From positions 71,486,001 to 71,550,000 of the forward strand of contig NC_042999.1 in the NCBI RefSeq assembly GCF_006345805.1: 64,000 bases of DNA, read 5' to 3'. This DNA comes from Octopus sinensis (taxonomy: Eukaryota). A model generated the notes under the pieces. That model was not told where the DNA came from. It saw only the letters and a list, made by a program, of their open reading frames with translations, and made no database searches. The first letter of the stretch is position 1; every line of letters starts with the position of its first letter. A program made the translations under genes and the position numbers. This document shows, piece by piece, positions 1-12,542 of the stretch.

Positions 1-117
1 TTGGTGGTTCGTGAATATATATATATAATAAGGGTGAAAATTGAATATTAATTTGATTAATATCAATTTAAAACCAGTGGCCTAGCATATTGAAAAATCT
101 GAAAATTCAGATGTATG

Positions 118-170
<53 letters not shown>

Positions 171-174
171 TGGA

Positions 175-545
175 GGTACGCCGTCGGTTACGACGACGAG
201 GGCTCCAGTTGATCTGATGAACAGCCTGTTCGTGAAATTAACGTGCAAATGGCTGAGCACTCCACAAACACGTGTACCCTTAGCGTAGTTCTCAAGGAGT
301 TTCAGCGTGACACGGAGTGTGACAAGACTGGCCCCCTTGAAATACAGGTACAACAGAAACTGGAAGAAAGAGGGAGAGAAAGTTCCGGTGAAAGAGAACA
401 GCAGGGTTTGCCACCACCCTCTGCCGGAATCCCCATGGAGCATTGGGTGTTTTCACTCAAGAAACACAACGCCTCGTCTGAGAATCTAAACCGCGATCCT
501 ACAACCGTGAGTCCGCTGCCCTGACCACTGGTCCATTGTGCCGCC
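175..545 (-). mobile_element. tRNA-derived SINE (working family 1), near full length
   Basis: Minus-strand head has a pol III A box (TGGACCAGTGG, plus 525-535) and a B-box-like GGTTTAGATTC (plus 482-492). The 3' half recurs at 35234-35414 in the opposite orientation. Confidence 0.85.
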
Positions 546-1663
546 ACACACACACACGCATAGTCACAGACACACAGACACACACACACACTCATATATA
601 TAAGGATATGCATATTAAAAGTGTTCCTTTGGAAAACTCATTTAAATAAAATGGTTGGAACTACTGATGTAGACAGTGGAGAGTCTGTTATTTTTCCTAA
701 TAAGCTGTAGTATATCCCACACAATACATACATTTCTTTTCGTATATTAGAATATTTAGGTTACCCTTTTACACAATTATATTTTATTTCCTTTTCTTTT
801 ATATCGATAATAACTTTTAACGTATAATTTTTCCATCTATTAAACTATGCTGTATCAATAATCGTACCCGACTTACGTTGTAACAAAATTCTTATATAAG
901 TAACCAATATTTAAGTTTTCCACCTATTCCTTCATGAAGTTATCCGTTGAAAGCGAAATTCGACTGCTGTCCCTATGGTTTACTCTTTAGTTAGACTTTC
1001 TACTTATTAAATTTCCATTAAACTTCTTTTTATAGAGTAAACTTCATTAAATTTGTATTACAACTGTTTATTTTTTTTTTCCTCAGCTGGTTTGTACTGT
1101 TTCAGATTTAATTGATTACTTAAATCTATTCTCTAGAATTATTCCAAGTGCTTTGACCTTCCCATATACATATATATTTTTTGTCTGAGTAACCGAGAAT
1201 AAAATTTATCTTAATTTGTAACTAAATTTTATTAACTCTGGCTCAACAAATTGTAATTTACACTAATTGTCAATTTGACATAACTCTATAGGATTCATTA
1301 CCATCTTAAGACTTAAAGTTAATTATTTTTCTCTTTTTGTTCACATCAACTGTTTTATGTGAATACGAACTTTTTAAAAGTAAAATTCTTTCCAATATGT
1401 TGATTTATACATTGACTATTATTATATTGTTATTTGTAGATGTCGCGTGAAATTTCATTGATTTCTGTCCTTTCGTGTGTTATAAACCACAAGACATATC
1501 AACCGAAACAGAACGACATTTCAAACAAAGGAGAATACATTAATTCTGTAAATAATGTAGACAGTATACATTTAAAAAGTCTTATTTAAATTTTACTTAT
1601 CTTAGAGTTAATCTTATGTATGTTTTTTTAAAAACACTTTTGATTATAATATACCCGAGTATT

Positions 1664-1945
1664 AAGGCGGCGAGCTGGCAAAATCGTTAGCACGCCGGGC
1701 GAAATGCTTAGCAGCATTTCGTTTGCCGTTTCAAATTCTGCCGAGGTCGACTTTGCCTTTCATCCTTTCGGGGTCGATAAATTAAGTACGAGTTACGCAC
1801 TGGAGTCGATGTAATTGACTTAATCCGTTTGTCCTTGTTTGTTTTCTCTGTGTTTAGCCCCTTGTGGGTAGTAAAGAAATGGGTATTTCGTCTGCCGTTA
1901 CATTCTGAGTTCAAATTCTGCCGAGGTCGATTTTGCCTTTTATCC
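1664..1945 (+). mobile_element. tRNA-derived SINE (family 2) with the start of a second tandem unit
   Basis: AGGCGGCGAGCTGGCA head, TTCAAATT B-box-like motif and CTTTGCCTTTCATCCTTTCGGGGTCGATAAATTAAGTAC core shared with many copies in the window. A second unit restarts after AGTAAAGAAAT. Confidence 0.85.
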
Positions 1946-2032
1946 GGGGCTATAGTAGAAGACATTTGCCTAAAGTGCCACGCAGTGGGACTGAACCCGA
2001 GATCATGTGGTTGGTAAGCAAGTAACTTACGC
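1946..2032 (-). mobile_element. SINE family 3, 5' fragment
   Basis: Matches the head of the copies at 12741-13146 and 9965-10368 (GCCACGCAGTGGGACTGAACCCG...ATGTGGTTGGTAAGCAAG). Confidence 0.75.
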
Positions 2033-2189
2033 CACTCGGAGGCCTTTTACTACTATTTCTCAATTTATTGTACTTTATTGATTTTTAGAATAAGCTTTTT
2101 TTTTATAGTATATCTTTTCTATATGGTGTGAATAACATCGCTATTGAATTGTTTAACAGAGATTTTTCTCTAAATTTTATACATATATA

Positions 2190-2384
2190 AAGGGAAAGTT
2201 TACGAAAATAAACAAAAGACGAAGGCAGGTGGAGTACAAACAAACAAATGTATTAGTATAGCGCTCAGGAATAGAAATAGAAAAAGTCTTTTACGTTCCG
2301 AGCTTACGCTCTTCGACAGAAAGATATACAGAAAGGAAACAAGGAGAGAAAAAAATGCGTGTAGGAGCTAACGATCTATCATGG

Positions 2385-2387
<3 letters not shown>
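2190..2387 (-). mobile_element. Short PLE-terminal-like repeat (family A) with a degenerate hammerhead-like motif at 2287-2324
   Basis: Homologous to 25148-25570, 37170-37345 and 55700-55880. Minus strand reads UCUUU-CUGUCGA-A-GAGC-GUAA-GCUC-GGAA-CGUA-AAAGA. Confidence 0.7.
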
Positions 2388-2470
<83 letters not shown>

Positions 2471-2473
<3 letters not shown>

Positions 2474-4383
2474 CTTAGATATGTTTCGACCAAAGATTGG
2501 TCCAGGCCATGTCTAACTTAATAGCACCACCTGATAGGATTATTCGAATCCTGTTTAAGTCAAGTTTTGTTCAAGTAGTGAGTTCTTGTTGGGTGAGTTG
2601 TATCCTTTTATGGGTGGCTTATCTGGTATTCTTTGACGGAATCTATCCAGACTCCGTTTAAAGTTGATGGGATCCTTTTCCTCTTTGATCTCCCTCGGGA
2701 CAATGTTAAATAGGGCAGGGCCGGTTGAGGAAAAGAAATTATGTTGCAGTGTACATGTATGTTGTGATCTTGAATTGGGCCGGGGACGTATGGCCCGTGG
2801 TCCCAGTCTTGGATGAACCTTGAAGCTAATCCTAAGGTTGTTTGGGCAAAGTTGGCGGTATATTCTCCACATCGTACAAATGATGTACCGCTCACGGCGA
2901 CGCTGGAGGGAGTAAAGTTTCAAGGCTTTAAGGCGATCCCAATAATCGAGAGCAGCCATGCCTTCGATTGGTTTAGTGAGTGCCCTCTGGGGTGACTCAA
3001 TTCTGGAGATGTTTTGTCTTGTATGGGGAGACCACAGTGGGCAGCAGTATTCAAGGTGTGGCCATACAAAGGAAGAGAAAAGGGGTATGATGACACCTTG
3101 TTCTCTGGACCGGAAAGTTCTTAAGATCCAGGAACTCATCCTACGAGCTATATCGACCTTCTTGTTGATGTGGGCATTCTCCAACTGAGATCGTCATCAA
3201 CAATTACACCCAGGTCTCTGATATTGTTAGAGGCTGTGAGCGGTTCCCCTGAAGGAAGAGAGTATGGTTGTTTTGGTGAGGAATTTCTTCCAAAATGCAT
3301 CAGCTCAAATTTTCCCTCATTCAGTTGCATTTTGTTTCTGTCTGCCCATTGACTCACAGCATATAGATCAGACTGGAGTTGAGTTCGGTCTGCTTTTTCA
3401 TTGACGATTTGCTGGAGCTTAGTGTCATCAGCAAATATTTTCACTTTGCAGTAATGTACGACACTGGAAAGGTCGTTTACGTAAATTATGAAGGGTAGCG
3501 GACCCAAAACAGTCCCCTGGGGAACACCGCTGGTGACTTTTGTTGGGCTTGAGTGGACTCCATCAACTACAACATGTTGTGTTCTATTCGCCAGGAAATA
3601 CTTAATCCAGTGCAGAACTTTTCCACGGATTCCAACATTTGCCAATTTTGAGAGTAGGATATTATGGTCTACCCTGTCGAACGCTTTACTGAAGTCAAGA
3701 TATATGACGTCAGAGTTCGAACCTGTTCCCAAGGCATTGAGTACATCTTCAATGTGGTGTAAGAGCTGTGTTAGACAGTCCCTGCCACAGCGAAAGCCAT
3801 GCTGATTTGCATTTAGGAGTTTGTGGGTCTCCAGGAAGTCAGCTATCCTTGATCTTAACACTCTTTCAAACACTTTAATGATGTGGGAGGTGAGTGAGAT
3901 TAGGCGATAGTTGACTGCGAGGGATCTGTTTCCCTGTTTGAAAACCGGGATGACCGACTGGGATAGAAACTGTTTCGGTATATAACCTGCGTCTAACGAA
4001 TTTCTCCAGAGGTTGGTCAGAGGGACTGCATGTTGGTGTCTACATTCCTTCAGGAGACTAGCGGGGAATCTATCAGGGCCTACAGCAGAATAATATTTGA
4101 CCTCATTTATTGCTGCTACGATGTCAGTGGCAGTGAAGGTTACGTCTGAGATTTTATGTTGGGAGTCAACTTCGTTCGTTTCTCTTACGTCAATATCAGT
4201 GGGAACACTAAAGACAGAGCAGTATTGTTTCTGCAGTATTTCTGCCATTTCTTTAGCATCGTGTTGGGGAATGCCGTTATTGGCCCAATGGGTGAGACAG
4301 TGGTTCTATGCTTATTTGCATAAGAATAGAACACTTTTGGGTTCTGTTTGATGTTTTTGATTATCCACTGTTCCTTCACAGCT
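2471..4383 (-). mobile_element. 5'-truncated CR1/L2-group LINE (RT domain and C-terminus), frameshifted
   Basis: ORF 3148..4248 has NYRLISLTS, QHGFR, YLDFSKAFDRV, SGVPQGTVLGP and IFADD. ORF 2555..3184 has PHLEYC and LYSLQRRRERY. The 3' UTR is shared with the copy ending at 24489. Confidence 0.95.
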
Positions 4384-4679
4384 CTATATATCGATAAACA
4401 CAGACATACGTATTGTAACAGATACACTTGTACTACTATGGCTACGTGTTTACGAGTATTCGTATGTAACAATTCTGGATTACGGGAAGTGCACATGGGT
4501 ATCAGAACAATAGACGTACTTCACGCCGTAAATTATCAATATGAGGTCTTGATAAGCTACACAATTGTTAGTTATCTTTCTTTATCGTAAATTGACTAAG
4601 TGTATTTCTCTAATTCACTGAATCATAAGTATGTATGAATTTATGCATACACACAGATCACAAGTACATCAATCACTCA

Positions 4680-4815
4680 ATGTATGTATGTACGCATGTA
4701 TGATGTATGTATGTATGTATGTATGTATGTATGTATGTATGTATCTCTCTCTCTATCTATCTCTCAATGCCTTCTGTTCGTACGTACGTATGTATGATGT
4801 ATGTATGTATGTATG

Positions 4816-4849
<34 letters not shown>

Positions 4850-4966
4850 TGTATGTATGTATGTATCTATCTATCTATCTATCTCTCAATATATTCTGTA
4901 CGTATGTATATATGTATGTTTCTATCGATCAATGTATGTATGTATGTATGTATGTATGTATGTATG

Positions 4967-4999
<33 letters not shown>

Positions 5000-5020
5000 G
5001 ACTGTCTGTCTATTTATATA
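4680..5020. repeat. Compound (TATG)n/(TATC)n microsatellite
   Basis: Directly visible. It is the source of the spurious MYVC/YLSI ORFs. Confidence 0.95.
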
Positions 5021-5344
5021 TAATTGTCCTTAATGAAACGGAAAAAATCTGCAATTATAGTGAAATATATGGAGTAGGAGAATGTACTTGTTAGTTTAAA
5101 TTATTGAAAAATGCACGCTCGTGAATCATACACATACACACAAATCAGCATCCCACTCACACATACACAGACACACACATATGTTTATGGAATTTGCATA
5201 TATGGAAAAGGATAAATGTGAAGTGGTAAGCTAGTTGTCGCCTTTAAATTACCCCATAGAAACAGCCTACTCTAAAAATGCGTGTGCATTGTGTGTGAGT
5301 GTATGTATATATATCTATATCTGTGTTTTCTTGTTTGGATTAAC

Positions 5345-5407
<63 letters not shown>

Positions 5408-5492
5408 ATACACACAATTTTTTTCTATAGCTCAGTCACACTCGCCGCTTCGATGTCACCTATATATAGCGATAACTCTTTAAAAAATATAC

Positions 5493-5559
<67 letters not shown>

Positions 5560-5650
5560 ATATGTGTGTGTGTATTAATTATATTGACAGTTGAGAGCAA
5601 TGTGTTACCAAAAAGGAAAACTATAATTGTTACTATACGTAATTAAGAGT

Positions 5651-5775
5651 GTTAGAACACCTACATTACTGTCCCTGGCAGTATATATGTATACAATTAT
5701 GTACTTTACATTTTTAGAGCTTTTTATCTCTTACGTTTAGCAACGTAGGTGTTCTAACGCCCTTAGTCACACTTA
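5651..5775. mobile_element. Small MITE-like inverted-repeat element
   Basis: 14-bp perfect inverted repeat GTTAGAACACCTAC (5651-5664) / GTAGGTGTTCTAAC (5745-5758). Confidence 0.5.
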
Positions 5776-5804
5776 GCGACAGTTATATATTTATATACAT
5801 ACAG

Positions 5805-5863
<59 letters not shown>

Positions 5864-6641
5864 TATATATATATATATATGTATGGAGTAGGATAATGTA
5901 CTGTTACTTTAAATTATTGAAAAATGTACGCTCGTAAAACACACACATACACACAATTCCCCCCCCCCACACACACACATATGATATATTTGTATGTTAT
6001 TTTTTCACATAATTTTCTATAATTTATACACACACACACACACACGAACCGCTTGCACACGCGTCCACGCTCATCCTAACCTCACGTATAAAGATATATG
6101 GCAGGAAGTACACATTCATTAGGAAGTCGCTTTTATGATCACTCTGGGATTAGGCCTTTTCTATAACAATAACCTGTTGAAACCAGCTTCCGCTGTGTTG
6201 ATAATACTGCTGCTAACCACTGTAATGGTGGTTTTGAAATGATGACAACGACAGCGATGACGACGACAACGATGAAGATGGTTTATGATAACGGAAAAGA
6301 TTTGTATGATAATTAGGAAGTTAGATCGTACGACAGAGCTTTCTTTCATAAAGATAACGAGTTTAGACGATAAGGCAGCTAAGATAACTGATTGCTGCGG
6401 CGTCGGAGCTATTTAGTAAGCCCGGGACTGCACTTAAGTGTCGAAACGGTTCAGCAGAATTTTAATCAGAGAGTTTGATGTGCCACAATAATGTTGAGGA
6501 GGACGAGACAAGATGGGTAAATACTCTTCACTTGTATTAGCGTTGAAAACAGAGGTGGTCTTATGCACAAAATCAAAACCGGGTCAGTGACACCCTACAT
6601 CGGTTCTCCGCAGATTAGATACCCCTCTCTTTGTAGTTGTT

Positions 6642-6643
<2 letters not shown>

Positions 6644-6714
<71 letters not shown>
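6644..6714. repeat. (ACT)n trinucleotide microsatellite
   Basis: Directly visible. It gives the poly-Thr run in ORF 6563..6778. Confidence 0.97.
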
Positions 6715-7196
6715 CGCTTATCATAGGCTTGAAGATGTAAAGGCAAAACATGAAGATGTAGAGGGAACATTCATCTAAATTGAAGTGTATTTGTTTAGGG
6801 CGATAAAGAGATAAAAAAACCTGACCTTTGAAGAATCTGAATTAATAATTTTAAAATTCTGTTTTCCAATGTCCAAATTTCCCTCAAATTATACTCCGCT
6901 ATCTTAACCAAATAAAAGCCACTGGACAATGTGATCCCAGGTGTACACACTTTGATGTGGGATGGTAAAGGCTAAAAAGCCTTTGATCATAAGTCTTTGC
7001 GGTGTCGGCTAACCCGAGGCTAAGCAATAGGTGCTTAGAAAAAAAGTCGATATTAACATACATTATAAATGTTCTCAATAAATGACAGTGATCCTAATCC
7101 GGGCATGCCAATACGGACACAAGAGATTAAAGTAAATCAAACAGATATTAATGCTAAACATAACCTGAAAGGGAAATGCAACATTAATAAGGTGAC

Positions 7197-8000
7197 AATA
7201 TATACACTAGACACGCTGGGCGAAATCCTTACCGGTATTTCGTTTATCTTTAAGTTCTGAGTTCAAATTTCCCCGAGGTCGACTTTGCCTTTCATAATTT
7301 CGGGACGATAAATTAAGTACCAGTTGCGTGCTGGAGTTGATCTAATCGACTGGCCTCCTTCCCCCAAAATTTCGGGCCTAGAGTAGAAAAGAATATATAC
7401 ACTAGACACACCAGGCGAAAGGCTTAGCGGTATTTCGTCTGCCGCTACGTTCTGAGTTCAAATTCTGCCGAGGTCAACTTTGCCTTTCATCCTTTCGGGG
7501 TCACTAAAATAAGTACCAGTTACGCACTGGAGTCGATATAACCGACTTAATCCGTTTGTCTGTCCTTGTTTGCCCCTTCTGTGTTTAGCCCCTTGTGGGT
7601 AGTAAAGAGATAGGTCTTTCGCCTGCTGCTACGTTCTGATTTCAAATTCCGCCGAGGCGATTTTGCCTTTCATCCTTTCGGGGTCGATTAAATAAGTACC
7701 AGTTACGCACTGGGGTCGATATATTCGATTTAATCCGTTTGTCTGTCCTTGTTTGTCCTCTCTGTGTTGAACCCTTTGTTGGTAGTAAAGAAATAGATAT
7801 TTCGTCTGCCGTTACATTCTGAGTTCAAATTCCACCGAGGTCGACTTTGCTTTTCATCCTTTCGGGGTCGATTAAATAAGTCCCAGTACTCTCTGGTGAC
7901 GATGTAGGCGACTTAATCCCTTTGTTTGTCTTCGTTTGTCCTCTCTATATTTACCCCCCCCCCCATGTGGACAACAAAGAAGTAAATATATACACTAAAC
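7197..8000 (+). mobile_element. Tandem array of four SINE family 2 units
   Basis: TTCTGA(G/T)TTCAAATT anchors at about 7255, 7450, 7634 and 7817 (periods of about 195, 184 and 183 bp). Confidence 0.9.
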
Positions 8001-9964
8001 AAAAAATAGAAAGTTTTCATGTCGTCGAGTATATCTGTTTCGATATATTTTATATATCTTCTCCACTTCATGACCATCATATCATATCTCAGTTCTGAAT
8101 ATCAATATCGCTACTAAATATCCTCGTATAAAGAAACAGGAATAGTGATAAACAGGATTTGCGTTAGAAAAAACTCAAGACCAAAATAGATACACATAAA
8201 TAATTAAAACACTAGGGCTTAGACGCATACATAAGCTACATGCACTACTCGGTCCTAGAGATATTTAATGACAAAACAAACATAAAACAACACTACGATA
8301 TATACTTTCTGTGAAGTTGTTAAAAGTTGGATGACTGCCGAAAATGTGAGTGACTGTATCAACCATATTTTCGGGAAATAACGTGAATGAAGTTTCCTCC
8401 CAGCGTATTGTCCGGAATTTGAGATAGTTGGGAGACGGCAATTGCCTTTGCTAATCGCATGTTCCTCTTGTTGGGTGTTTCCTTAATCTGCACTCGTTGA
8501 AAGCCTTCTTGGATAGGGGGGGGGGCTGTATCATTACTTACTTATAAACCATGTATATCTTAATATTTGTTTTCTCGTTGTTCTTTCGATTTCTATATAA
8601 CCCTATGCATTTATGTAACCTAGTGTTGGTGTTGTAACTGCTTTAATGATTCTCTGTATCGAACCATAACTCGTCGACTAGGATGAGCAGTAATTTTTGT
8701 CCCTTCTGTATAAAATATATTTTGTGTTCTTGTGTATTCAGAATTCATCTAAAACATCTTGCTGATCTACGGAAACAGGCTGTGAGCACTGTAACCACTT
8801 TCAGATTAAGTTAGAATGTTTTCAATTTTTTCGTTTATTCTCGAAATTCTACGTGGCAAGTTCAAAGGCACTAATGAAAACTGACTATCTTCACTGTTTT
8901 GTCCTAGCATTTCAGGATTTCATGCTTCAATTCGGTATAGCACTATACTTTTTCCTTTCCCTTGTTCTTGACTCTCGTATGATATAGGCATCGCATGTCG
9001 ATTACAAAACAAAGTATCTTCTTATCAACTACATTACGCCGCTTGTGTTATATTCTCCTTTTGATTTATATCGGTAAGTCCCATTGCAACATTGTTTACG
9101 AGAACATTTATTTCTATTCTAACAAAATAGTTATTTCTCTTTTTCTCTTTCCTTAGCAAGCAAAATCACGTCTTTTGCAAATATTTCAGTGAATTATTGA
9201 TACAATCTTTTCATGTTATACTGTTTGAATTCATCCCAAGCTAACTGGGAATCCCTGCACAGCATGAACTGTCGTCTCATCTAATTCATCATGCATGCAA
9301 CACTTCAGTTAGCAGCTCTGCTGATCTATTACTGTCTTGATATTGCTGTGCTGCTAAAATCATTCATTCGGTCTCTTTGTCGAGCGCCCCTTTTTTTAGT
9401 CAGTACTAGATCTCTTTGCTTCTTGTCATTTTTTAATGATTTTTTTTTGTGGTGAGAGGTGGGTGGAGAATGGAATGTAGCTGTTGCACTTCAATTTACA
9501 AATTTTGTACATAGTCCTTCACCTATTAGTTCCGCAAGAAGAGCTTCCTTTTCTCCTTGATAGAAACTTGTTTAAATTAGCTCTGCTACGACATTCACTC
9601 ATTAAACCACTTCCTCATACTCTTTTCCAGTATAAGTGGCACACATCTGATTGAGTATGCATGCCTCAGTGCAGTGTGAGATTTTACCTAATTTTTCTAT
9701 GGGTGGGGGAGGATGAGCTAAATGATTTCAGCTCATCTCACGTCCACTCATTAATTCTCACTGCCCTCAATTTCAATGCTCGCATCATATTTCTTACATA
9801 CAATTTAGATCTTTAAAACTGTCTACGCAAATATTCTTTCTGAAAACTTCATAATAATGCTTTTGAATTTAGTACTTTCCATTATTTCCAGATATTTATA
9901 TGCTTCTTAATTGCCTAATTGCTGCTTAGTTTATATGCTTCTTAATTTCTCGTCAATTATTTTA

Positions 9965-10368
9965 TTCTTTTACTTGTTTCAATCACTTGACTGCGGCCAT
10001 GCTGGAGCACCACCTTTAGTCGAACAAATTGACCCCAGGACTTATTGTTTGTGAGCCTATTACTTATTCTATCGGTCTCTTTTACTGAACCGCTAGGGTT
10101 CGGGGACGTAAACGCATCAACATTGGTTGTCAAGCGATGGTGGGGAGATAAACACAAACACACTAATACATAATACATACACACATATTTATGTGTTTGT
10201 GTGTGCGACGGGTTTCTTTCAGTTTCCGTCTACCAGATCCACTCACACGGCTTTGGTCGGCCCGTGGCTAGTAGAGGACACTTGCCCAAGGTGCCACGCA
10301 GCGGCAATTAATCTGGAACCATATGGTTGTGAAGCAGGCTTCTTACTACACAGCTATTCCTGCTCCCA
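9965..10368 (-). mobile_element. tRNA-derived SINE (family 3), near full length
   Basis: Collinear with 12741-13146. The head is followed by GCACCTTGGGCAAGTGTC on the sense strand, with a central CA-rich spacer. Confidence 0.85.
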
Positions 10369-10519
10369 TATAAGTATATCTATTTTAATACATCCTATGA
10401 ATTGTCTTAACTTCAAGATCATCATATCACATTTCTCAACTCTGAATATCATTTCAATGTCACTAGTAAATATTCTAATGGTTTGTACAATGAAATTCGT
10501 TTAATCTCTGCTTCTGCCA

Positions 10520-10760
10520 TATAACATTAAATCATTCGTAAATAATCGATGATTCACTTTTCCCTTATTAATTTCCAGTGGGAATCCTCCTTTAGCTTTG
10601 TTTTAGTATAATCGAATAAGTGTCGGTAATAATGCGATTGCAAACTGTCCCTTAGAAAGACTCCTTTTCTGATATATCGGCTACTTTTTTCCATCCAATT
10701 CTCGACTCTATTCCCCATCCTTGCATTGCAGCGTCTAACAAATACGCAATTCTTTTTTTT
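10520..10760 (-). mobile_element. Decayed R4/Dong-type RT fragment
   Basis: Minus-strand translation pieces IRKGVFLRDSL, AIALLPT and KVNHRLFTNDL resemble RT motifs I.RG.FQGDSL and INHLLFMDD. Several stops and frameshifts. Confidence 0.55.
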
Positions 10761-11084
10761 CTTTCAAGAATATCAATATTTCTTGGTGCCACATGATCCG
10801 CGTATATAAGATGAGATTATATGTTTTTTACTAATCGATCACGCGATTATTTTTTCTACCATTCCTCTTGACTAGCTTGTCGATTATAAAACATCATTCA
10901 TTTATCTGTTTTTTCTGTTTATTAGGAACTGGCAGTTTTTGCAAATAAAAGTAAGTACCAGTCCTGCACTGGGGTCGGTGGAATCGAGTAGCTCCAACCA
11001 CGCAAATTTCAGACTTTGTAGAAATAATAACTATTATTAATATTAATATTAATTATTATTAATGTTGATATAAAATAATCATTG

Positions 11085-11330
11085 CAGTAATCAAATTTTT
11101 GCCATTCAGGTTGGATTTCAACACCATCTTCACCCTTTATTATTTTTAGAAAAACATTGTCATCTGTTGGTGTTGATACATCAATTAGAAAGCATATTTT
11201 CCTTGATGATCTCTGATAAGTATAACCGACCTATAGGCCTTAATTTCTCTATCTACGAGTATTGACATTCTGGCGTGTGCCTCTACCATAATTTTCCTGT
11301 TGTTATTCCATAGTGTTGGCGTAGCTTCCA
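11085..11330 (-). mobile_element. RLE-domain fragment of an R4/Dong-type non-LTR retrotransposon
   Basis: Translates MSILVDREIKAYRSVILIRDHQGK/CFLIDVSTPTDDNV, clearly the same family as 45775-46122 (MPIHTDREMKANRSDIVVRDHEEKCFLIDVSIPTDDNV). Confidence 0.8.
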
Positions 11331-11339
11331 GTTATTATT

Positions 11340-11810
11340 ATCATTTTATGGTCTTTGCAGAGCTTCTAATGCTAGAGATTACTACGGTGTCAGCTGTTCC
11401 CCACCAGTGAACTAAAGTAACACCCTTTATTTTTCGAGCACCATCCGGAGTATTCGAGCGGTTCGAAGCAGTGCTGCTTTCTGCAAGTACCCCACCCTTA
11501 TTGCAGCCCCTATTTGTTCCATGTACTTCTCAAGATTTTTTCTCACTGTTCCCAGGACTCCAATAGTTATTGGTACTACTACCATCTTTTCAGCGACCAC
11601 AATTGCTTAAACCCCCAAGCTAACTTGTCATATCTATCGACTTTTCTTTCTTCCTTATCGCATACCTTGTTGTCAGCTGGGCATGCTATATCTTTGGTCC
11701 AGCATCGTTTGCTTTCTTTCTCAATTAACACTATGTCTGGTTTCCTATTCCCTATCTCATGGTCTCATAAGATCTTTGCATTATCATTTTCGATGATAAT
11801 GGCTATTCAG
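11340..11810 (-). mobile_element. 3' end (RLE domain plus UTR) of a second R4/Dong-type element
   Basis: HEIGNRKPDIVLIEKESKRCWTKDIACPADNKV...KVDRYDKL (PD..D..K.RY) then, after a frameshift, VVVPITIGVLG...LQKAALLRTARILRMVL*. Ends in a short TAA-like tail near 11335. Confidence 0.85.
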
Positions 11811-11829
11811 TTGCTTGAACTTAACCAGT

Positions 11830-12200
11830 TTACTGGCTGGCGGTATGTATATCTCTGATCACGAGCAGAACTAGTGGGGGAGCATCATACCCATAGATTC
11901 AGAGGAATTCTTTGAGGTTTAGATAATTCACCTCTGGAAACATGGGTGTTTCGTTCAACATCCTTAAACAAGCCTTATTTTGGGACCTTTTGATTGGGAT
12001 GAGCTACACAAACTGAAGAAAATTTAAACAGGGCACCACCTGCAAGGTCATGCGCTGATTATCTTAATATGAGATCACCATGTCGCGCACTTATGGTTGA
12101 TATGTATTGCCTAGTGTACCCTAATCCAACGGGTAGTCATAATGGGTAAACTAGACTTCGCATATTTTACCCCGGTGTCATTTTGATGGTAAAGTACTCA
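11830..12200 (+). repeat. Unclassified interspersed repeat, probably a retroelement 3' end
   Basis: 12115-12195 matches 45575-45660 (GTAGTCAT.ATGG...CTTCG.ATATTTT.ACCC..GTGTCA..TTGATGG), where it is followed by an (AAC/AAT)n tail. Confidence 0.6.
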
Positions 12201-12255
12201 GCCGGTCTCTTAGAGATGCAGGTTCGAGTCCCGTGTTTGTTTGCTGACAACTTTT

Positions 12256-12465
12256 AAGGCAGCAATCTGGCAGAATCGTTAGCACGCCAGACAAAATGTT
12301 TAGCGGCATTTCGTTTGTCTTCACATTCTGAGTTCAAATTCTGTCGATGTCGACTTTGTCTTTCATCTTTTCGGGGTCGATAAAATAAGTACCAGTTGAA
12401 AATTGGGATCGATGTAATCAATTTAACCACCTCTCCTAAAATTACTGGCCTTATGCTAAAATTTG

Positions 12466-12519
<54 letters not shown>

Positions 12520-12520
12520 C
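12256..12520 (+). mobile_element. SINE family 2 with (ATC)n tail
   Basis: Family 2 head and core, followed by an (ATC)n run from about 12469. Confidence 0.85.
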
Positions 12521-12542
12521 CATCATTATTATTATTGTTTAT

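Noticed and set aside
4631-5578. Many ORFs rich in MYVC, YIYI, THTH and CVCV here and throughout the window
   Set aside because: Translations of TATG/TA/CA microsatellites with no coding signal.
6415-6460. GCCCGGG...GTCGAAACGGTTC as a PLE-type hammerhead remnant
   Set aside because: The core heptamer is unrecognisable. Too decayed to support.
7197-8000. CRISPR-like array
   Set aside because: The units are about 185-bp SINE copies without unique spacers, there are no cas genes, and the context is eukaryotic.
8330-9700. Possible decayed PLE or transposon coding remnants on the minus strand
   Set aside because: Only vague motif resemblance. Could not assign with confidence.
12190-12235. GGTTCGAGTCCC B box as a tRNA gene
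   Set aside because: No cloverleaf or acceptor stem. At most a SINE-head remnant. The same applies to 28330-28385.
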